Below are positions 25,503-32,000 of a DNA stretch of 32,000 bases, piece after piece (position 1 is the stretch's first letter; every line of letters begins with the position of its first letter). This DNA comes from Candidatus Heimdallarchaeota archaeon B3_Heim. Its GTDB lineage: Archaea > Asgardarchaeota > Heimdallarchaeia > Hodarchaeales > Hodarchaeaceae. The translations under genes and the position numbers were made by a program. Under the pieces are notes generated by a model. It made no database searches and was not told the DNA's origin. It saw only the letters and a program-made list of their open reading frames with translations. The DNA is taken from assembly GCA_003144275.1 (NCBI GenBank), contig NJBF01000026.1, positions 35,363 through 67,362 of the forward strand. The letters are read 5' to 3'.

Positions 25503-25649
25503 ATGACGTCGTATTTATGTCAAAAATGCCATCAGGAAATAGATCCTGCCGAATTGGAAACATTACCCGGGATTAGATGTATTATCTGCGGACATAGGAT
25601 TCTCTTAAAAAAACGTCCCCCAATTATCAAAAGATTAAAAACAGATTAA
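25503..25649 (+). CDS. rpoP: DNA-directed RNA polymerase subunit P (Rpo12), 48 aa; absent from the ORF track
   Basis: Translated by hand: MTSYLCQKCHQEIDPAELETLPGIRCIICGHRILLKKRPPIIKRLKTD, with the YxCxxC...IRCxxCGxRILxKxR signature. Confidence 0.95.
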   Translation: MTSYLCQKCHQEIDPAELETLPGIRCIICGHRILLKKRPPIIKRLKTD

Positions 25650-25778
25650 TCCGTCAAGAAAAATGAATTTCAAACACAGAAAAACTGATTTAGTATTAGT
25701 TTTAGATAAATTTATATTCTCTCATAAAGTAGTGATTGTCAGCTGATTCAACCAGAAATCTGAGGTTAAAATAAAAAA

Positions 25779-26090
25779 ATGGGTGAAATTTGTAAAACCT
25801 GTGGTTTACCGACAGAGTTATGTGCCTGTTCGGATATCGCAAGAGAAGAGCAGACGAGTATTCGTGTCTATATTGAAAGAAGAAAATGGGGAAGAGAGGT
25901 AACCGTGATAGCGGGGTTATCGAAAGATATCGATTTAAAACCTCTAACTAAACGCTTGAAGAAAAAATTAGCAACTGGTGGGACTACAAAGGAAGGGCGT
26001 ATTGAACTTCAAGGTAATTTCATGCGATTAGTTTCCCCTATCTTAGTAAAAGAAGGTTTTCCTGAATCATCAATCGAGCTTCGGTATTAA
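25779..26090 (+). CDS. sui1: Translation initiation factor SUI1/aIF1
   Basis: ICKTCGLPTELCAC, IERRKWGREVTVIAG, LKKKLATGGTTKEGRIELQG. Confidence 0.95.
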   Translation: MGEICKTCGLPTELCACSDIAREEQTSIRVYIERRKWGREVTVIAGLSKDIDLKPLTKRLKKKLATGGTTKEGRIELQGNFMRLVSPILVKEGFPESSIELRY

Positions 26091-26261
26091 TTTCTCGAAT
26101 GATTTTCCTTCAGAAAATTTTAGACAGCATATTCTTCTTTGTCTACACGAATATGTGATCCTCATTCAATTGAGGTGAATTTAAAAAAGATGACCTCCAC
26201 CTTTTCACAAGGTAAGGTTCATTTTGCCTTTATCTTCTTTATAAAAAAATTGCTAGATACT

Positions 26262-26594
26262 TTAATCTTGAGGAGTTTCTATGGCCTCAACTAAATGCTT
26301 GCCAGAGATGACTTGATCTATAGAATGGATCGAACCATGTAAATCATTGATCGCTTTTGATATCAATTCATAATTCATGTTCGAGCCTTCCAGAACTACT
26401 TTTAAATTCTCCGTTTTTGCGTCTATTTCAACAAGAGTACAATTTACAGCATTTACCCCATCAATTTGTTCTAATGCAGTTGCAAAAGATACAAGAGAGG
26501 GGTCATGAAGTTTTAATACATCTAGCACAAGACGGCGAACACCACCGCCCTTTGTAGTACTTTTTCCACCCTTTGCATCAGTTTTGTCAAACAT
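26262..26594 (-). CDS. DUF211 family protein
   Basis: VRRLVLDVLKLHDP...EIDAKTENLKVVLEG...GSIHSIDQVISG. GAGGTG SD upstream. Confidence 0.88.
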   Translation of the reverse strand: MFDKTDAKGGKSTTKGGGVRRLVLDVLKLHDPSLVSFATALEQIDGVNAVNCTLVEIDAKTENLKVVLEGSNMNYELISKAINDLHGSIHSIDQVISGKHLVEAIETPQD

Positions 26595-26706
26595 AACTTC
26601 TGTGACACCTCAATTTATTTCGTATTAGAATAGAATACTGTGAGCACTACTCAACGAAAAAGGTTTTTAAACCTTAGGAGAAGAAATAATAAATTGTGAT
26701 GCACGG

Positions 26707-27048
26707 ATGTCAAATCTAAATCGGTTTTTTTCTCAAGAAATTGGGGGAAAACCAAAATCCGATGAAACTCTCAAGAAAAAAAAACCAATCCTTTTCACCC
26801 GCAATAAATTCCCTCCTACTCTAGGTGATTTATCGAAAAAGGAGTTATTGGAATTATTAGAACAAGTGATCCCTCTCATTCCAGGATTTTTTGCTAATTT
26901 AGCGTGGACTCGACAAAAAATTCTTCCCAAAAATCCCAAAATTACCCCAGAAAACTTGGCCAGTCAATTGAGTATTCCTATGCTAGTAGCATATTATATT
27001 TTAGATCAACTTCAGGAAGGCTACTCCTCAGAAAGACCATCAGATTGA
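26707..27048 (+). CDS. Hypothetical protein, possible C-terminal HTH-like helices
   Basis: Protein-like 113-aa ORF (ITPENLASQLSIPMLVAYYIL). Its 3' end overlaps the convergent gene by 28 nt. Confidence 0.6.
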   Translation: MSNLNRFFSQEIGGKPKSDETLKKKKPILFTRNKFPPTLGDLSKKELLELLEQVIPLIPGFFANLAWTRQKILPKNPKITPENLASQLSIPMLVAYYILDQLQEGYSSERPSD

Positions 27049-28247
27049 AACATAATTTCTGCAATGTTTTGGTAAGAATTAAGTTTATTAATTGCTTCGG
27101 TACATCCGTCAATCAGAGGAATATTGTTTAATTCTTCAGCTTTTGCTTTTGCACTTTCCAGCACTTGTGTAGCTTCAGTAAAATGCGCCATTGCTTCAGG
27201 CATTAGTTGGTCGTATTCGACTACTGCATTACAAAACATGGTCATTGCGTTAAAATAGAGAATTTGAGGTTTAAAGGAATTGGCTAGTTCTTCACCAGGT
27301 AATTTGCTAAGCATTCCATCAAGAATTTTATATGCATAGGTAAAATTAGTAGCTGCGAATTCATGATTATCTTTTGCCATGCTATCTTTCGCTAGGGCTT
27401 CATAATATGAAGACATCTGCATTTGTTCTTGCAGTTCATATTCAATATTACTTTGAATTTTCCTCAAGGATCGATAAAGTTGAGCAGATTTGTTATATTC
27501 TAAGGAGGCCTTATTATAAGCTTCATTTTCTGAGTGAAGAACACCAGTAGTAAAAAATGATTCTGCTTGTTTTTCTAATTTTTCAAGTCCCAACTTTATA
27601 ATCTGAGTTCGTGTTTCATTGAAATCGTCATTACTTGATTCTTGGCCCAAAAATCGGGCTTTTCGAAAAAACCGTAAAGCTTGGTACATCTCATCTGATT
27701 TCAGTGTAGATTTTCCTCGCAAATCATATAAAAGCCCTGTAACATAGTAAATATTTCTCAATGAATCGAAATAATGATAGTAATCTTGCCTTTCCTGTTC
27801 CATTTCCAATTCATTTGAATACCGCTTTATTGCTTCTGTAAATAGGATTTCAGCTTGAGCTAAATCATTTTCTTCAAAAGTAGTGCGTGCACGTAAGTTC
27901 TGGATTCTAGCATCCGTTCTTAATAGAAGACGGTCGATATCATATTGCCATTGTGCGTAAAAATCAGGAAATTTACTTTGGATCTTCGATATTCCTTCTT
28001 GGAGTTTATGATAGTTGTTTAATGCCTTGTTCATCCGGTTACTTAAAAATAAAAACTCACTGTTAAAGAATAAACGTAAATTTTGTAGAAAGTGTAGGTA
28101 AAATTCGAAATCTGGGTTTTCTTGGGAACTTAAGATTTCGTTGAGCTCATCACAAATGTTTACTACTTCAGCTATTTTATCAGCCGAAATTTGATAATCC
28201 TGGGTAAAGATCTCTTTTATTCTCGCTACAGCAGTTACTTCATTCAT
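27021..28247 (-). CDS. All-alpha TPR-like helical repeat protein
   Basis: Repeated helical hairpins with A..F..A / A...Y..A spacing (AEILFTEAIKRY, ALRFFRKA, ASLEYNKSAQLY, AATNFTYAY, AMAHFTEA). Confidence 0.7.
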   Translation of the reverse strand: MNEVTAVARIKEIFTQDYQISADKIAEVVNICDELNEILSSQENPDFEFYLHFLQNLRLFFNSEFLFLSNRMNKALNNYHKLQEGISKIQSKFPDFYAQWQYDIDRLLLRTDARIQNLRARTTFEENDLAQAEILFTEAIKRYSNELEMEQERQDYYHYFDSLRNIYYVTGLLYDLRGKSTLKSDEMYQALRFFRKARFLGQESSNDDFNETRTQIIKLGLEKLEKQAESFFTTGVLHSENEAYNKASLEYNKSAQLYRSLRKIQSNIEYELQEQMQMSSYYEALAKDSMAKDNHEFAATNFTYAYKILDGMLSKLPGEELANSFKPQILYFNAMTMFCNAVVEYDQLMPEAMAHFTEATQVLESAKAKAEELNNIPLIDGCTEAINKLNSYQNIAEIMFQSDGLSEE

Positions 28248-28427
28248 TTAATGGTCCACACTTATTATTTTAAACACACACGGCTTATTTAGGAAGATGA
28301 ATTACCAAAACATATCAAAGTTCTGGTAGGAATATTGAGAATTTTGCGATAAAAAAGATTTTCATATTTTTGGGAATTCCACTCTAATGTAAGATAGCAA
28401 AAGAAAAACAAGCTGTAGGTGTAAGAA

Positions 28428-29456
28428 ATGACCGACTGGACATCAGAAGAGGGTATTACCGAGGAAGAGAAAATTTACTACTATAGGAAGGCAGGGCAAA
28501 TTGGCTACGAAGTGTTACACACAGTAAAAGATATGATAAAACCTGGGGTTCCTATCATTGACATTTGTGAGTCCGCTGAAAAGATGATTTTAGATAAAGG
28601 AGCGGAAGGATTTGGTTTTCCAACCAACGTGTCTATTAACAATATTGCAGCCCATTATACAAGTCCTTTCGGGGATGAAAACGTAATTCCTGATTCTGGA
28701 AGTATTAAGCTAGATATTGGAGTACATGTAAACGGATATATTGCAGATACTGCTGTTACAGTGATTCTTTCTGAAGAGCTGAAAGACCTACAAAAAGCAG
28801 CCGAGGAAGGATTTAATGCCGGTATGGAAATTATTCAGGCTGGAACACTTCCCTCAATGGTAGGTGGAAGGATTGAAGAGACTATCACTGGATTCGGATA
28901 CCGACCAATTAGAGAACTAACGGGCCACAAATTAGGACGATTTACGCTACACGGAGACAAAAGGTTACCTAGTGTAAGTTCTCCATTCGATCCTGCTGAA
29001 GCAGCACTAGAAGTAGGCGAAGCTTATGCTTTGGAAACGTTTGCTACAACTGGATCAGGCAGTATTCATGAAATAAAGGGATCTAGGTATATTTATATGC
29101 TCCTTCCCCGACGAATTGCTATTAGGAATCCCGTTTCCAGAAAAATATATTCAACAATCTATAAGAAATATAAGACACTCCCGTTCGCAGAAAGATGGCT
29201 CAGTTCTTATGATCAATTTAATCGTGCTAGGGTTCGGTTCGCAATACGAGAATTGTTAAGCAATGGGGGCGCCATCGTGTACCCAACACTTGCAGATGAA
29301 AAAGGGAGTTATGTCGCTCAGTATGAACATACTTTTGTAATTACTGAAAATGATGGAGTGATTATCACTACCAAACCTCCTTTTAAGTTTGAGATCCCCG
29401 AATCTCTTTCTGAGAATGGAAGTGAAAAGAAATCTACAACTTCAGATGAGGAGTAA
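28428..29456 (+). CDS. map: Methionine aminopeptidase, type II
   Basis: FPTNVSINNIAAHYT, DIGVHVNGYIADTA, LTGH, ALETF, the type II helical insert, and QYEHT. Confidence 0.97.
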   Translation: MTDWTSEEGITEEEKIYYYRKAGQIGYEVLHTVKDMIKPGVPIIDICESAEKMILDKGAEGFGFPTNVSINNIAAHYTSPFGDENVIPDSGSIKLDIGVHVNGYIADTAVTVILSEELKDLQKAAEEGFNAGMEIIQAGTLPSMVGGRIEETITGFGYRPIRELTGHKLGRFTLHGDKRLPSVSSPFDPAEAALEVGEAYALETFATTGSGSIHEIKGSRYIYMLLPRRIAIRNPVSRKIYSTIYKKYKTLPFAERWLSSYDQFNRARVRFAIRELLSNGGAIVYPTLADEKGSYVAQYEHTFVITENDGVIITTKPPFKFEIPESLSENGSEKKSTTSDEE

Positions 29457-29598
29457 ATACTACTTCAAATGGTATAACCTATCGGTTTCTCCTTTAAGTA
29501 TAATAAAGGTCTGAAATACGGAGATTCCGTTAGTTTATTCCTCTAATAGAATAATAAAAATTCGATAAGCTTTTTCTATTCATCCTCCCTTACTTATC

Positions 29599-31629
29599 TT
29601 GAAACAAAGTAATTGTCATTTTCCGAGGATGTTGTCATACTTGGGTTTGGAGAAGGATTTACGTAAAATTTTGATAAAACTTCGTAAGGATAAGCTGATA
29701 GAAGAGAACTTGCTTTTAACACAGCTCAACCGAATGGAAAAATCGGCTAAAAATCAGGTAGAATATCCTCATACCCCTTTATTAACCATGCTACAAACGG
29801 TTGACCAACATCAATCATTAAAAAAATTGAACTCAAAAATGGATACAATTGAAAGGGATATTGAGGCACTTATTACTTCTTGGGAAAATAAAGATTTAAC
29901 GGATGATGAGGCTCGAGGTAAAATTGCAAAACTTGTCGATTCAAAGCAATCGTATGGGTTACAAAGGGATAATCTGAAGCATTTCCTTATGGACAAGTTA
30001 AATTATCTTACATCTGTAATTACGGCATCAGGTCTTAATTTTCACGATTTTTTCAGTTCTAAATATAGTAGGAGCCAATTCAAGGTGGAAGCAAATATTC
30101 TAGATGCCTTTTTGGAGATATGGATGAATCATCAAACATCAAACGCTGATGAAGAAAAATCCTCTGATGGGTTGAGTGTAACTGAAATCATAGAATCTGA
30201 TATCTTAGAGGCCTTTATTTCTCCAATTTCGGAACAGAATCAAGTAAGGTTTCAGTTGAAAGAAATAATAAAACCCCTTCCTGACATAATCAGTCAAGAA
30301 CCACTATTTAGTTCATCAGAGATTCAAGCAACAGAATTTAACACTTCTTCTGGTGAAGAAAAAGAAGAATCATCACCTCAGATTCAAAAAGATGAAATAA
30401 ATATTTGGAACTTCGTTGGTCTTGTGGCTTATAATCTGAAGGAAAAACCAATAGGATTAATTAGGGCGCCAATTCAGGTAAATAAAATTCATTACTTGCC
30501 TATTGTTTTAGAAGAGTCCCTCTCGTTTACACAGATTAAATCTAAATATCTCTCATCTTTACAAATTTTAGGTATAGACCCCAATACAACATCAACAGAA
30601 GAAATTCAATTGAAAATATCTGAAGTGTTGAAAATCCCTCCCCAGCTCGCTTTTCAACCATCATTCTTTACTGAATGGCTTAGTCGCTTATCTGCAGATT
30701 TCATTCCAGTTAAACCAAAGATTGCAAATGTTTGGTTCCTCAAAGGGAACACTATTCAGAGTACATCTTACGATTCCTTAATTATCGACGAATCGGAATT
30801 AGAGAAAATCACGTTACCCGCTTGGATACCAGTGCCCAGTCCACCCCCTTCTTTTACCGTTTCAATTGGTCACATAATAAAAGGAATAGCAGGAACTCAT
30901 TTTGGTGAAATTGCAGGAATTATGAATCAAACCCCATTTGGTCATTCATTAATAATTGAACGTCCTATTCCTCCATCCACGTTGTTAGATTTATTTTTAC
31001 AGGGTCTGGGAAAACAAAATTTGGCTGAATTGCGGTTTTATTTAGCAAAGAAACTGAAAATTGGAGAAGGAGAGGGATTCTCCCCGAATAGTCTATGGAA
31101 AATTAATTTTCAGGAGAGATTGTTACGATCCCCGCATGAAATAGCCATTGCATATTATTCAATCGTCCCATCATGTGCGTTTCACAAGTTAACAGAATTA
31201 AAAGCAAAGATTGGTATATATTTTCATTCGATCTCTGAATCTTTGAAATTCTTAATTGGGAAATCCCTGTATAAGAACAACATTCATTTCGGAACAATTT
31301 ATGGATTTAAGGTTGAAGATAATCAGCTTTTTGTACTCTACTCTCCTCTTTCTGCTGATCAATTAGTTCAACAGGTAGGAAGGAAACATTCTCATCAACA
31401 TTTAGACCGATTTCGAAAGAGGATATCCTTAGCTTTAGCAGTTCCTGAAAACGAAAGTTTATGGCCAAACAACTTAGCAGTGTACTATCTTAATTTTATA
31501 TTTCCGATGCGAGAAGAATTTAACTTGCTACCCAATACCATGGCAGCAATAGAGGCTAAATTTGCTCTAAAACTAATCTCTTTTTCGGAATTTGACTCGA
31601 TTACTGAAGACGGGTTGTTTTGTGGATGA
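29599..31629 (+). CDS. Hypothetical protein: N-terminal coiled coil + three PRC-barrel-like repeats
   Basis: Three internal repeats start at FVGLVAY..KPIGLI (~30409), SIGHII..HFGEI (~30859) and LIGKSLY..HFGTI (~31249). Each is followed by a helical insert ending I/L-xxx-L-x-I/V-P/G-xxxx-F/L-x-P. TTG start is uncertain. Confidence 0.6.
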   Translation: MKQSNCHFPRMLSYLGLEKDLRKILIKLRKDKLIEENLLLTQLNRMEKSAKNQVEYPHTPLLTMLQTVDQHQSLKKLNSKMDTIERDIEALITSWENKDLTDDEARGKIAKLVDSKQSYGLQRDNLKHFLMDKLNYLTSVITASGLNFHDFFSSKYSRSQFKVEANILDAFLEIWMNHQTSNADEEKSSDGLSVTEIIESDILEAFISPISEQNQVRFQLKEIIKPLPDIISQEPLFSSSEIQATEFNTSSGEEKEESSPQIQKDEINIWNFVGLVAYNLKEKPIGLIRAPIQVNKIHYLPIVLEESLSFTQIKSKYLSSLQILGIDPNTTSTEEIQLKISEVLKIPPQLAFQPSFFTEWLSRLSADFIPVKPKIANVWFLKGNTIQSTSYDSLIIDESELEKITLPAWIPVPSPPPSFTVSIGHIIKGIAGTHFGEIAGIMNQTPFGHSLIIERPIPPSTLLDLFLQGLGKQNLAELRFYLAKKLKIGEGEGFSPNSLWKINFQERLLRSPHEIAIAYYSIVPSCAFHKLTELKAKIGIYFHSISESLKFLIGKSLYKNNIHFGTIYGFKVEDNQLFVLYSPLSADQLVQQVGRKHSHQHLDRFRKRISLALAVPENESLWPNNLAVYYLNFIFPMREEFNLLPNTMAAIEAKFALKLISFSEFDSITEDGLFCG

Positions 31630-31898
31630 AGTTTCTAAAACAGATAGGCAGTGATACTTTAATAACAGTTAAAGTCAAAACCCGTCATTCATTGGATATG
31701 ATTCGCTTGGAAAACGATGAATTGTTTATTTATGTAAAAGATCCACCAATTAAGAATAAAGCGAATAGAACCATTGTAAAATTAATGCGGAAACGCTTCA
31801 AAAATGACGTCAATCTAGAATATGGTCACAATAGTACCACCAAGGTTTTGCGGATTTGTAATATGAGCCCTAGTCAACTTCTAGAATTATTGCGTTAA
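31626..31898 (+). CDS. DUF167 (YggU/UPF0235) family protein
   Basis: ITVKVKT...LFIYVKDPPIKNKAN..IVKL...GHNSTTKVLRI. The ATG at 31626 overlaps the upstream stop. Confidence 0.85.
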   Translation: MKFLKQIGSDTLITVKVKTRHSLDMIRLENDELFIYVKDPPIKNKANRTIVKLMRKRFKNDVNLEYGHNSTTKVLRICNMSPSQLLELLR

Positions 31899-32000
31899 AA
31901 AAATGAAAAAACTAGCTAAAAATTGATGCTCAATTTTTTCGACTAGGAGGGTTTTTTTCGGTAATAAAAGTGCGAGCGACAAGAGTTTTAAATCTATTGA

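Noticed and set aside
27021-28247. TPR-like protein as an alpha-SNAP or other eukaryotic-signature homolog
   Set aside because: Only generic helical-repeat periodicity is visible, with no family-specific motif.
167-31297. Other short ORFs nested in or antisense to long genes (e.g. 167-445, 1974-2303, 3096-3299, 5612-5797, 7498-7749, 8590-8820, 12246-12434, 14532-14846, 17625-17855, 21574-21774, 25102-25419, 26733-26939, 29811-29996, 31103-31297)
   Set aside because: They overlap well-supported genes in other frames, with no motifs or translation signals.

Overview
AT-rich archaeal chromosomal window, most likely from an Asgard (Heimdallarchaeia-like) genome; the lineage is inferred, not proven. 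The left 13.7 kb is accessory. It opens with a 1385-aa predicted single-pass membrane protein: 14 sequon-rich WD40 repeats, TSP3-like Ca-binding repeats and Ig-like domains outside, and a caspase-like CHAT domain with an intact His-Gly/Cys dyad inside. A small partner gene resembling the EACC1-type proteins found beside bacterial caspase-like proteases follows directly. This pair is the best candidate for an undescribed receptor-protease system. Next come a HerA/VirB4-like ATPase, coiled-coil/wHTH proteins, a SatD + DUF3307-like cassette under a GTCAA-N10-TTGAC operator array, a Zn-ribbon/coiled-coil/polyproline protein with a possible WH2-like motif, and a HExxH protein. The rest is mostly housekeeping: rpl6, rps8, mbf1, pan, archaeal RNase III-like, rpoL, rpoP (missed by the ORF track), sui1 and map. 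There are four tRNA genes carrying six BHB-type introns, including a three-intron tRNA-Asn. An intact ISH3-like IS with TIRs and a 6-bp TSD sits next to two orphan ORFs. A cobalamin adenosyltransferase-mutase operon has the Phe/Gln active-site signature of isobutyryl-CoA mutase. A protein with three PRC-barrel-like repeats lies near the right end. No CRISPR array or rRNA was seen. All domain calls are by eye from motifs; no searches were run.
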